In this document: positions 41,923-53,820 of the stretch, one piece after another
Layout of the letters: each line of letters starts with the position of its first letter
How positions within the stretch are numbered: position 1 is the stretch's first letter
Source: Chiloscyllium plagiosum
Lineage: Eukaryota
Reading direction: 5' to 3'
DNA: 64,000 bases
Assembly (NCBI RefSeq): GCF_004010195.1
Contig: NC_057711.1
Location: 81,717,238 to 81,781,237 of the forward strand
Notes under the pieces: generated by a model
Told to the model about the DNA's origin: nothing
Databases searched by the model: none
The model's input: only the letters and a program-made list of their open reading frames with translations
Position numbers and translations under genes: made by a program

Positions 41923-42112
41923 CGCATTCAGTCCTGATAAGTTCAAAACAGTTAGATGCTGCAAGCTGGTCACCATCTGAATCAGACAAGTGGTTGTAAT
42001 GTTTGGTATTCTGCCAATGTTCAGATTCTGTAGGTTTGAACACACCTGCGCCATAAAGCTCAAACAATGTGCACTTAGTTCATGACATCCAAACACTTCC
42101 AACTCTTTCAGA
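41923..42112 (-). CDS. LRR protein internal exon
   Basis: tttgtcactcag| acceptor and GCG|gtaag donor; 190 nt, phase 2 to 0; LKELEVFGCHELSAHCLSFMAQVCSNLQNLNIGRIPNITTTCLIQMVTSLQHLTVLNLSGLNA (overlaps ORF track 41890..42123). Confidence 0.92.
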
Positions 42113-42411
42113 CTGAGTGACAAAACAAAGAGAACAATTAGCTATTTTAGTGCCAGAGATTCTTTTTTCAGTAGAAATGATGTGAGCTTGCTTTTTCTTC
42201 TCTTGAATAAAGCTGAAAACAAAATGTCTAAGATAATGACCAGCTAAAACACAACTGTTCCTTGCATAATAATTAAATCTTGAGAAAAAGCAAGAGCTAA
42301 TTTTATGATTTAGTGCTCCAGTAGAGAGGCTACCTGCCAGAAGCAAATATCAGGAAGTCGTGGATGACCTCCTCATTATTTTTCATACATCAGTTTTATA
42401 GATTTTATAGT

Positions 42412-42722
42412 GGGCGGCACGGTGGCACAGTGGTTAGCACTGCTGCCTCACAGCGCCTGAGACCCGGGTTCAATTCCCGCCTCAGGCGACTGACTGTGTG
42501 GAGTTTGCACGTTCTCCCCGTGTCTGCGTGGGTTTCCTCCGGGTGCTCCGGTTTCCTCCTACAGTCCAAAAGATGTGCAGGGCCAGGTGAATTGGCCATG
42601 CTAAATTGCCCGTAGTGTTAGGTAAGGGGTAAATGTAGGGGTATGGGTGGGTTTCGCTTCGGCGGGTCGGTGTGGACTTGTTGGGCCGAAGGGCCTGTTT
42701 CCACACTGTAATGTAATCTAAT
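42412..42722 (+). mobile_element. HE1-type V-SINE, young full-length copy
   Basis: gggcggcacggtggcacagtggttagc...ggttcaattcc, V domain and CR1-like tail; CpGs intact. Confidence 0.94.
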
Positions 42723-43379
42723 TTACTATGAAATGTTGGTAGCCACATCACGTCATGATATTTGAAGTATGTTCTACTTTGTGTCCATTTGACACCGTCT
42801 TCTACATAATTCTGATCTGCCCATAAAAATGAGAAATCTGTTGACCTAAACCCTTGGGAAAGTGCAACCATTTAATTTAAAATGCCTCACTGATATAGGA
42901 ATAGATCTAGCAATATAAACACCTGCTCTGAAATAGATTCTGCAGCTTTTACAAAATTATTTTAATCACTGGTGGTAGTGAAAATAATGAGTAAGGTTTA
43001 CAATGTGTATTATTGTAGCCTCATTTTAATACTAACTTTCATACACTCCCCTGTAAAGTTTGGAAATCAAAGTTTTCGATTTTCATTCCTGCAAGGTATT
43101 TGATGAAAGCAGTTCATATTTTTGAGCTATATATATTATTGAATCTAGAAGGTTGGCAAACTAAGTGCATGGTCTTTATAAATTACAGGAAAGAGCAATT
43201 GTAGAATAGAAACTTTAACATATCATGAAATATACATTAGTGTCTTCACAGCAGCGAGACTGTAATAGATTTAGGGAAGGAATCTACCCAGAAAATATGA
43301 TAATAACTAGTTCAAAAACAGGACTGAATCTCTTTTAAAATGTGATACATAATAGTAAATGGAGTTTCAGCATTTTCTT

Positions 43380-43578
43380 AGAATCCTTACAGTGTGGAAA
43401 TAGGCCATTTGGCCCAAGTCCACACCAACGCTCCAAAGAGCATCCCACCAAGACACATTCCCTACCCCATCCCTGTAACTCTGCATTTCCCATGGTTAAT
43501 GTACCTAGCCTGCAGATTCCTGAACACGATGTGTAACTTAGCATGGCCAATCCACCAAACATTTACATCTTTGTGACT
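43380..43578 (-). mobile_element. HE1-like SINE 3' half
   Basis: agaatccttacagtgtggaaataggcc...ttagcatggccaatccacc. Confidence 0.8.
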
Positions 43579-44058
43579 AAAAAGTCTGCTGAAATACTTA
43601 AAAGCTCATTGACTTTTTCTGCAGCTACAAATTAATAGATGTTTAGAATAGGGATTATTTTGAAAGCAAAATTGTAAATTCACTTTGTCATACATTTGTG
43701 TTTTGATTGAACAGCTTCTGAAAATATTTTGGTGATCCTGTTTCTAAAATGCCTTTTTTTTGTTAGAATACCAACACATTTAAAGTGAGAAGTTTTTCAA
43801 TATTTAAACATTTATGCAATGTTCCTGATGACTGGCATGTGGATGGGGGAAATGTGGAGGCAGACAAATTAGATGACACTCTTATTGGTCTTCTGAACCT
43901 GGCCAGAATGGACACATGGTCTTGGCTGCATTTGGATGGCCTTGGACAGGGAGCATGCAGTGTCCACTGGTACCTTGAGTCTTTTCATGGTTGTTCAGCA
44001 TCACAGCAATTGGTGCCCCTTATCTACAAAGGAAAGATGGTATAATTTAACTTTTCAT

Positions 44059-44204
44059 AGTTAAAAATCACACATCGCCAGATTATAGTCCAACAGGTTT
44101 ATTTGGAAGCACTAGCTTTTCGGAGCACTGCTCCTTCATCAGGTGGTTGTGTGATTTTTAACTTTGTACATCCCAGTCCAACACCAGCACCTCCAAATCA
44201 TGAC
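44059..44204. mobile_element. partially inverted PLE-derived element, family B
   Basis: antisense arm running through the hammerhead, then the sense 3' tail; TSD taacttttcat at 44048-44058 and 44205-44215. Confidence 0.82.
44110..44145 (-). ncRNA. minimal hammerhead ribozyme motif (family B)
   Basis: minus strand CAC-CUGAUGA-A-GGAGC(AGU)GCUCC-GAA-AAGCU-A^GUG, followed by AATAAA; one extra A relative to sister copies. Confidence 0.7.
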
Positions 44205-44419
44205 TAACTTTTCATGTTTTGTTTGTTTTGTTGAAAGTACATGTTGAAGTTTCTTTATTAGCTGTAACTCATGGAAAGAGGGGTGCATGTAAATTTGTTT
44301 TTACTCTTTATGACACTCACTGTCATCATTATGGAGTGCAATAAGAAAGCATCTACATGAACAGTTTTCAAAAACTAACTGTTTACATACAGGAAGTAAT
44401 GGAGCACATATTAATAGAG

Positions 44420-44829
44420 GACCTTTTTCCCTGGAGCATTGGAGGCTGAGGGATAACTTTATAGAGGTTTATAAAATCATTAGTGGCATAGATAAGATGA
44501 ATAGTCAAGGTCTTTTTCCCAGGATGGGGGCATCTAGAATTAGAGTGCATAGGTTTAACTTGAGAGGGAAGAGATTTGGAAGGGACCTGAGGGGCAACTT
44601 TAACACACAGTGGGTGGAGGGAATATGGAATGAGCTGCCAGAGATAGTGGTAGAGTCAGGTACAATTACAACATTTAAAAGACATTTGGACGGTTACATG
44701 AATAGGAAAGGTTTAGACAGAAAAGGGCCAAATGAGGGAATCGAGACTAATTCAGTTTAGGATACCTGGTTGGCATGGACATATTGACAGAAGGGTCTGT
44801 CTCTGTGATGTAAAATTCAATGACTCTAT
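44420..44829 (+). mobile_element. CR1 3' fragment
   Basis: GIWNELPEIVVESGTITTFKRHLDGYMNRKG. Confidence 0.88.
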
Positions 44830-45059
44830 TTATGGAGCTAAAACTTTGATAGCTTATCAAAAATGGACATAGGTAACATGATGCTCAATAATCAAAGTAA
44901 TCAGGCATCATGTCGCTTGACAATTTAAATAATGTTGACGGGCTTCATGCATTGGCAAAGGGCCCAAGTGTATATGAGGCTAACCCCATTTAAATCCAGA
45001 CTATACCTTTTAAAATCAAGATGCATTCTAGCTGCAGAAAATACTGGAAATCATTGTAG

Positions 45060-46432
45060 AAGTGCACCTGACCTACAGGAAGGATAAAGATGGCACAATA
45101 TGCCAGAGCACATGATTCCTAGATTTGCACCTGAGACCTTGTTGCATGGGCTGGAGAGAAGTTAAGATGTAGGAGGCCTTCCACACAAGTAGTGAGAAAG
45201 GAATGGGAGCAAATAGCCACATAGGTCAGTGTGAGTTATGTCACCATGCAGTCGTGAATATGGTGTCCCATGTTGTTTAGTGACCACACATGTTGCCCAA
45301 CACAGTGAATTCATCATCAAACATCATAAGCTTTCCATTCTGGAGATGAAAAGAGGAAGCCACTTTGTTTGTATGTGTTGCTACAAAAATTTTGAAAAAT
45401 AAAGTATTAATGTCATGTAAGGTAATATAAAACCCTCTTTTAAAATTCTGTATTACCCAGTGCTAACTTGTGGTATTTTCTCCATGTATCTGCCTGCCCG
45501 TTGTAGCTTAGACTTTAGATCTGGTTTAAATGCTGGTTTTTTTAACTGTTCAGTATGTTATGTTACTCTATAAAAGTTACTCACCTATCAACACCTTAAT
45601 CAATCACGACACATAGCTCACAATTGTAGCCTCACCTCAACCTCATACACTTAGCATTGTTACAATCTTAATACTCACTTTTCATAGCTTGGATACCCTG
45701 CTAACTATTCATTTGTGATAGTCATATCACTCAATTAGACTGCTCCACATTCACTGTCATCTATCTTCCAGGACCATGTGGCACAAAATCAGAGGCAGCA
45801 GCCATTAGCTGTTAGGGTTCAGGCAAAGCCACATATCCTCATCCTCAAAGGAGATGCCAGTCACTGAGGCAATGGCCAGCAGCAAGAATAAGACCATAGA
45901 AAAGCACACCAGGTATTGATGCAATCCACAGTTTTACTCTCATTCCCATCATCCAACAATCTCCACTGCATTTTTTTAATACAGGTTACAGACAATGTAT
46001 ATGCCTCTTTCACCATGTCCATCTATTAACTTCCACTTCTCTCCCTTACCCTTTTGCATTTCTCTTTTCAGATTCTCAAGAACTGCCAATTATTCAGCCA
46101 CAGCTGGTACAAGAGTGTGAAGGCCAACAGCAGCAGTGTAGTGATAAATAATAGTGTGGCAAAAGTGAGGACTGCAGATGCTGGAAATCAGAGTCTAGAT
46201 TAGAGTAGTGCTGGAAAAGCACAACCGGTCAGGCAGCATTCAAGGTGCAGGAAAATCGATGTTTCGGGCAAAAGCCTTTTCTGATAAATAATAGTGTCAA
46301 GGTACATACTGGCATTATATCCTCTTTAGAGGGCAGCACAGAGACGGGATCAGAATGCAATAAGTCGCCAGGTACACGTGGCAGGCAGCCAGGGTAGGAG
46401 AATGGGTTCACATAGATATCAGCTCACCAGAC
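45060..46432 (+). pseudogene. second decayed Harbinger Myb/SANT-like gene
   Basis: RFAPETLLHGLE..RRPSTQVVRKEWEQIA..LFSD; ttccag| acceptor then DHVAQNQRQQ; interrupted by an inverted duplicate and a family A element. Confidence 0.6.
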
Positions 46433-46674
46433 AACTTTTATAGAGTAACATAACATACTGAACAGTTAAAAAAACCAGCATTTAAACCAGATCTAAAGTC
46501 TAAGCTACAACGGGCAGGCAGATACACGGAGAAAATACCACAAGTTAGCACTGGGTAATACGGAATTTTAAAAGAGGGTTTTATATTACCTTACATGACA
46601 TTAATACTTTATTTTTCAAAATTTTTGTAGCAACACATACAAACAAAGTGGCTTCCTCTTTTCATCTCCAGAAT
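45337..46674. repeat. 242-bp inverted repeat (45337-45578 / 46433-46674)
   Basis: arms are reverse complements with two differences seen, both at CpG sites. Confidence 0.9.
46158..46281 (-). mobile_element. single-arm family A element ending within the ribozyme
   Basis: 16-bp TSD tgataaataatagtgt at 46142-46157 and 46282-46297. Confidence 0.8.
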
Positions 46675-47206
46675 TCAGTCTCAAACATCCTATTTATGAT
46701 ATGACACAAATATACACCTCTCTCTCCCTCTCGCCCGCTCCCCCTTTCTCTCTCGCTCCCTCCCCTCTCTCTTCCGCTCCCTCCCCTCTCTCTCTCGCCG
46801 CCTCCCCTCTCTCTCTCGCTCGCTCCGCTCTCTCTCGCCTGCTCCCCTTTGTTTGAACCTCATGATAAAAAAGTGTCAATTTGTAAAATCTATCCACAGA
46901 ACACTTGAAAGTGATCAGTTCACTACACTTCCTGTGTTGAATTTAAATTCCTCAAGAGGAGAGCTTTGAGCTGACTTGCTTTACAAGATGTACTGTACAA
47001 GCAGTACAGTGACAGGAGCACATGGTTTATTGTTTATGTTCAGTCAGCATGACGGCTGTTTTGCATGTCCAAAGTTCTTAGGAAATTAATAGTTCATTTT
47101 TAACAGAGAAAGCACAGCCTTGATGTGAATTGTCAATCACACCTGAAGTATGTATTTTGTTTATTTTGTTCTGAACCTTTATTAAAAAACTCCCTTCACC
47201 GTGACA
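46433..47206. mobile_element. truncated LTR-like segment with a CT-rich low-complexity tract (about 46718-46846)
   Basis: minus strand begins TGTCACGG, a typical LTR start; the other end is broken at a rearrangement junction. Confidence 0.4.
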
Positions 47207-47854
47207 ACACTAGGCTCCAAATATGATGAAACAGCCACTTGTAACCATACACAAGAGTTAGATGTGTCCTTTATTAATTTTGGGAACTATTTAACCTTCA
47301 TATGTTTTATGCTTGTATGATAAAAAGTCATCAAGACAACACAAAATGTAGGTGTAAAATCTGCCATGTTGATTCAGATGCCTTAATGTGAAACATGAAT
47401 GGGCACCCTTGGCGGGGGGCAATTCAGGCCAGAACTACAGATCAAGAATTCAATGGTATAATGGTTAAAACTTTCCATCCACTAATTAAACACTTTGGGA
47501 TGTTTTATGGTATTCAAGGCACTATTGAAATACAAAGTTGTTAGGTGGATGATTTCATAAAGTATCACTTAACCATCAACTCACACTGCAAGAATAAACA
47601 CAATTAAAAACAAGAAGCAGCACTTTGCCATATCGGGTGCATGGGATATAAAAATGGCACTAACACATTCTACTTCTGTTTTCTTTTCTTTCTCTGTCTT
47701 TCTTCACAATCCATTGGCTATGTAATTTATAAATATTTTCCTGATGTGATATAGACAGTATGATTTTTCTATATGTTATATATATTTAATACAATTTATT
47801 GTAGGTTTGGATTAGTGATAGGCATTTTTTTTATATCTAAAGTTAATTTTTTAT

Positions 47855-49240
47855 TTGTCATTCATGGAATGCGGGTATTGCTGGCTGGCCAGCATTTAAT
47901 TGCCCACCTCTAGGTGCCCTTGAGAATGTGATGGTGAGTTACCTTCTTGAACTGCCTCAATCCACATGCTGTATTTAAGTAGACCCACAATGCCCATATG
48001 GAGAGAATTTCATGATTTTGACTCAGCAACAATGAAAGAATGGCGATATATTTCCAAGAAAGGATTATTAGTGGCTTGCAGAGGAACTTGCAGTTTGTGG
48101 TGCTGCTCTGTATCTGCTGCCCTTATCCTTCGAGATGGAAGTGGTTGCGGGTTTGAAAGGTGCTGTCTAAGGATCATTGGTGAATTCCTATAATACTTCT
48201 CGTAGATTGTGTGCACTGCTGCTACTGAGCGTCAGTAGTGGTGGGAGTGGATGTGGTGGCAATCAAGCAGGCTGCTTCGTCCTGGATGCTGTCAAGATTC
48301 TTAAGTTGCAGCCACACCCATCCAGACAATTCAGCAATATTCCATCACACTCCTGACTTGTGCCTTGTAGATGGTAGACAAGGCTTTGGGGAGTGAGTTG
48401 GGGAATTACTCAGCAGTATTCCTAGCCTCTGAACGACTGTTGTAGCCACTGCGTTCATGTGACAAATCCAGCTGAGCTTCTGGTCAATGGTAACTTCCAG
48501 ATGTTGATAGTAGGGGATTCAGTGATGGCAATACCATTAAAAGTCAAAGGATGGTAGTTAGATTGTCTCTTATTGAATATGGTCATTGTTAGTGTGAACT
48601 TTACTTGCCACTTGTCAACCCAAGCCTGGATATTGTCCAAGGTTTGTTGCATTTGAACATGAATTGTTTCAGTATCTGAGGTGTCGCGAATGGTGCTGAA
48701 CATGATGCTAACATCGACGAATAACCCCCCTCTGACCTTATAATTGAGAAAAGGTCATTGATGAAGCAGCTGAAGATGCTTGAGCCTGGGACACAAGCCT
48801 GAAGAACTCCTGTGGATATGGCCTGGAGCTGAGATGATTGACCTCCAACAACCTCAACCATTTCCTAAAACAGAAATTGCTGCAAAAACTCAGCAGGACT
48901 GGCAGCATCTGTGAAGAGAAATCAGAGTTAATGTTTTGGGTTTAGTGACCCTTCCTCAGAACTGACCCAAAAGGTTCCCTCTGATTTCCCTTCTCTATCA
49001 GACCAACTGAGCTTTTCCCGCAATTTCTGTTTTATTTCTGATTTACAGCATCCGCAGTTCTTTCGGTTCCTATGTATTAGGTTTACTTCAACTAACGGAG
49101 AGTTTGTTCCTGATACCCATTGATTCCAGTTTTGCTAAGGCTCCTAATGCAACACTTGATCAAATGCAGTCTTGATGTCAAGGGTTGTCACTTTTACCTC
49201 ACATCTGGAATTCAGCTCACTTGTCCATGTTTGAACCAAC
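47855..49240 (-). mobile_element. non-LTR retrotransposon of the CR1/L2 group, distinct family
   Basis: GVLQACVPGSSIFSCFINDL; QQTLDNIQAWVDKWQVKF; 3' end gggcaattaaatgctggccagccagc. Confidence 0.75.
48868..49066. mobile_element. fold-back family C element inserted in a LINE
   Basis: minus strand AGUU-CUGAGGA-A-GGGU(CACUAA)ACCC-AAAACAUU-AACU (CpG-decayed hammerhead); ttccta repeated at 48862-48867 and 49067-49072. Confidence 0.72.
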
Positions 49241-51526
49241 CAGACCCCACATGGAGGCCATTCTTCAATGCAAACATTTCAAGCATTGCTTAACTCCAAC
49301 AGTATCACTTGCTGGAAATCTAAACACCTCAGTAGAGTGCTGCTTAAAGTGTTGACCTTTTGTTGGAACCACTGCTGTTTTGGAGCTGAAGGGATGACCA
49401 TCTTAGGATGATGATGATGATTTGGGCAATGCTCGATTCAATTTAGTGTGACTGAATTACACTTTGCACATGGTGAAACATTCTACATTCTTTGCTGCAT
49501 CCTTTCACTTTCTGTAGATTTAATGATGAGTTTTAATCACAGTTGCTCTTGTGAAAATAATGAGAATGTTAATAAGAAATAAACAATATTACAAAAACCA
49601 AAATCAAAAATTGTGTTCAAATCAATATACTGCAGATTCCAAAGGCATATCTTGAAAATATGCCTGTGTCACATATTGTGATAGTACCTATATTTAGCTT
49701 TAAAAGTCAACTGCTATCAATGATTACATACCTGAACAGGATATGGTGTACTAGTCCCATGACCTGTAGCTAGTACGTAAGCAGCAGGACAGAAGTCAGA
49801 CATGTGCCTCACGGTATTCTATTGAACATTATCTGCAAACGGTCTTATCTTCAAATAAATTATTGCTTTGCCAATTCTGGTGTTTGAATGGTACATTTAC
49901 ATTTAGAGCACAACATAATATAAAGGCAGGGTGATGGCCTAGTTTTGAAAATTTGACTAAGCAGAATTACAATCCCAATTCTTCACACACATCAAAGGAA
50001 AATAATTGTTATGAAATCAACTGCAAGCCTGATCATCTGTACAAAAATCCGTAGCTCTGTAGGAATCTTAACAGAGCACACTTCTGTCCGAAAGTTCATA
50101 TTTTAGAATCAGCAAGTATTGGGTCCCATTAAGATTTAAATTGGGAGGAACTTCATAGTAAGAGCTTCCCTTCTGCAAAGTTCAAGCAGAAGTAAAAGGT
50201 AACCAGATGATGAAAGATGGGTTTCCTCTTTAGGTGAAAAATATCTTCCCTCAAACCTTCTTTAGACCTCCTACTCCTTAACTTGAAATCATGTCCACTG
50301 AGTATTGACTCTTCTACCAAGGGGAAAGATTTCTCTTTATCCACCTTTTTTTGCCCCACATAACTTTATACAACTCAATCAGGTCCCCCTTTAATCTTCT
50401 CTGCCCTAAATAAAATGACCCAGCCTCTCTCATTCCTTTTCACAACTGAATTGCTCCAACCCAGGCAGTATGCTCATGAATCTCCTCTGCACACTCTTCA
50501 GTGCAATCATGTTCTTGCTATAGTGTGGCGAGCAGAACTGCACATGACATTCTCGCTGTGGCATGACTAACATTATACACAAGTCCAACACAACCTCCTT
50601 TCTTTTCAATGTCTTGACTAGTAAAGACAATTATCCCAGAAATGTTTTGAACCATCTTACTATCTATCTTGTTGTTTAAGGAACTCTGTGCATATCAAGG
50701 TTCCTCTGATCCTCAGTACTTCCTTGAATTCTGCCAAGCAACGTGAACTTCCTTGCTCTTTAAGTTGTCCCAAAATCCAACATCTCACACCTTTCAGGAT
50801 TAAATTCCATTTGCCATTGTTCACACCATCTGACCAGCCGGTCTATATTGTCCTTTAATCTAAACTTTTCCTCCTCACTATTTACTACACTACCAACTAT
50901 TGTTTCATGTATGATGATACCTCCCAATCTCACTCATAGATCATTATTGTACACAACAAACAGAAAGGTCTTAGCACCAGATCTGTGAAAAGGCAGTGAA
51001 CAGAGGCTTCCAGTCACAAAAAGACCCTCTAACCATCAGCCTTTGCTCCCTGCCACTAAGTCAATTTTGAATCCATTTGCAAATCTGCCCTGGATCCCAT
51101 GGACTCTTTGCTTCTTAACCAGACTCCCACAACATTTAATCACCTCCCTCAAAAATAAAATCCAACTTGAGACATTATCTTCCCCTGATAAAACCACATT
51201 GACTATCCTTAATGAATCCTTGTCTGTCCAACTGGAGATTAATTCTACCCCTTAGAATTATTTCAGTATTTTCCCTGCCACAGATGTTAGACTCACTGGC
51301 CTGCAGTTTCCTGGTTTACCTTTACCATCCTTCTTTAACAATGGTCCTCCCATCCTCTGTTTCCTTTCCTGTAGCCAAAGAGGATTTGAAAATTAATGTC
51401 AGAACCTCTGAAATCATCTTCCTTGCCTCCCACAACAGCCTGGGAATAATCTTATTTGGGTCCAGAGACTTATCCATTTTCAAGCCTGTTATAACGCCTA
51501 ACACCTCCTCCCTCACAATACCGATT

Positions 51527-53820
51527 TAGAACATAGAACATAGAAAAGTACAGCACAGAATAGGCCCTTAGGCCCACAATGTTGTGCCGAGACTTAATCC
51601 TAATGTAAAATATAGTAACTTAACCTATGCACCCCTCTCTTCCTCCTTCTCTCCAGAGAGAAAAGTCTGAGCTTATTCAACCTTTCTTCATACGGCAAGC
51701 CCTCCAGTCCAGGCAGCATCCTGGTAAAGCTTCTTTGCACCTTCTCCAAAGCCTTTGTATCTTTCCTATAGTAGGGCGACCAGAACTGGACACAATATTC
51801 CAAGTGTGGTCTCACCAGGAACTTGTAGAGCTGCAGCAAAACCTCGCGGTTCTTAAACTCAATACCCCTGTTAATGAAAGCCAAAACATCATATGCTTTC
51901 TTAACAAACCTATCCACTTGGGTAAAAACAAGGACTGGAAACCAGAGTCTAGATTAGAGTGGTGCTGGAAAAGCACAACAGGTCAGGCAGCATCCGAGGA
52001 GCAGGAAAATCGACGTTTCGGGCAAATTCCTGATCATGGGCTGTTGCCCGAAACGTCGATTTTCCTGCTCCTCGGATGCTGCCTGACCTGCTGTGCTTTT
52101 CCAGCACTACTCTATGCACTTGGGTGGCAACTTTGAGGGATCTATGTACTTGCACACTCAGATCCCTCTGTTCCTCCACTCTGCCACGAATCTTGTCTTT
52201 AATCCTATATTCAGCATTCAAGTTCGACTTTCCAAAATGCATCACTTCGCACTTATCCAGGTTGGTCTCCATCTGCCATTTCTCAGCCCAGCTCTGCATC
52301 CTGTCTATGTCGTGCTGCAGCCTGCAGTAGCCCTCTATACTATCAATGACACCTCCAACCTTTGTGTCATCGGCAAATTTACTAATCCACCCCTCAACCT
52401 CCTCATCCAAGTCATTTATAAAAACTACAAAGAGCAGAGGCCCAAGAACAGAGCCCTGCGGGACCCCACTCAACAGTGTCCTCCAGGCAGAATATTTTCC
52501 ATCTACAACCACTCTCTGCCTTCTGTCAGCCAGCCAATTCTGAATGCAGATAGCCAAATATCCCTGTATCCCATACTTCCTGACTTTATGAATGAGCCTA
52601 CCATGGGGAACCATAAAAAATGCTTTGCTGAAATCTACATATACCACATCCACTGCTCTACTGTCGTCAACCTGTCTTGATACCTCCTCAGAGAACTCAA
52701 TAAAATTTGTGAGGCATGACCTGCCCCTCACAAAGCCATGCTGACTGCCTTTAATCACACTATGCTTTGCCAAATAGTCATACATCCTATCCCTCAGAAT
52801 TCTTTGCACAACTTTGCTGACCACAGACGTAAGACTGACTGCTCTGTAATTGCCTGGGATTTCCCTATTACCCTTCTTGAAAAGTGGAACGTCATTCGCC
52901 TCCTTCCAATCCTCCGGTACGACTCCTGTGGAGAGCGAGGAGGCAAATATCCTCGCCAACGGCTTAGCAACATCCTTTCTCACTTCCTGGAGCAGCCTAG
53001 GATAAATCTGGTCTGGCCCTGGGGACTTATCAATCTTAATGTTTTCCAAAATTTCTAGCACATCAACTTCATCAATCTTGATCTGGTCAAGACTGTATCC
53101 CAGTTCCTCTAAGTTTTCATTTAGAAGTTCCCTTTCCTTGGTGAAAACTGAAGCAAAAAACTCATTTAGGACTTCCCCTATCTGCTCAGACTCCACGCAC
53201 AAGTTCCCTCCGCTATCCCTGATCGGCCCTACCTTCTCCCTGAGCATTCCCTTATTCCTCACATATGAGTAAAATGCCTTTGGGTTCTCCCTAATCCGTC
53301 TTGCCAAGCCTTTTTCGTGCCCCCTCCTGGCTCTCCTCAGTCCATTTCTGAGCTCCTTTCTAGCAAGCCTGTAATCCTCTAAAGCTGTGCTAGATCCTTG
53401 CTTCCTCCACCTTACGTAAGCTGCCTTCTTCCTTTTGACAAGAAGTTCCTCTGTTCTCGCCATCCAAGATTCCTTAATCTTAACCCTTCTTACTTGTCTC
53501 AGAGGAACAAATTTGTGCATCACTCGCAACAACTGCTCCTTAAATAGTCTCCACACGTCTGCTGTGCTCTTTCTGTGGAACAATTGCTCCCAGTCTGTAC
53601 TTCCCAAATCCTGTCTGATAGCATCATAATTTCCTTTTCCCCAATTAAATATCTTCCCTCGGTAACTGCTCCTTTCACTCTCCAAGGCTATGCTAAATGT
53701 GAGGCAGTTGTGATCACTTTCACCAAAGTGCTCTCCCACCGTGAGATCTGACACCTGTCCTGGCTCGTTGCCGAGCACCAAATCCAAAATGGCCTCTCCC
53801 CTCGTCGGTCTGTCGACATA
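51527..53820 (-). mobile_element. young 5'-truncated CR1 with about 1.7 kb of open ORF2 (end of EN plus RT)
   Basis: ORF 51949..53907: [36 protein letters not shown]; (TTCTATG)n-type tail at 51527; interrupted by a family A element. Confidence 0.93.
51924..52111. mobile_element. fold-back PLE-derived element, family A, inserted in CR1 ORF2
   Basis: inverted arms; TSD ctatccacttgggt (51910-51923) / ctatgcacttgggt (52112-52125). Confidence 0.85.

Noticed and set aside
42412..42485. tRNA gene
   Set aside because: The A and B boxes belong to the HE1 SINE head and continue directly into the V domain.
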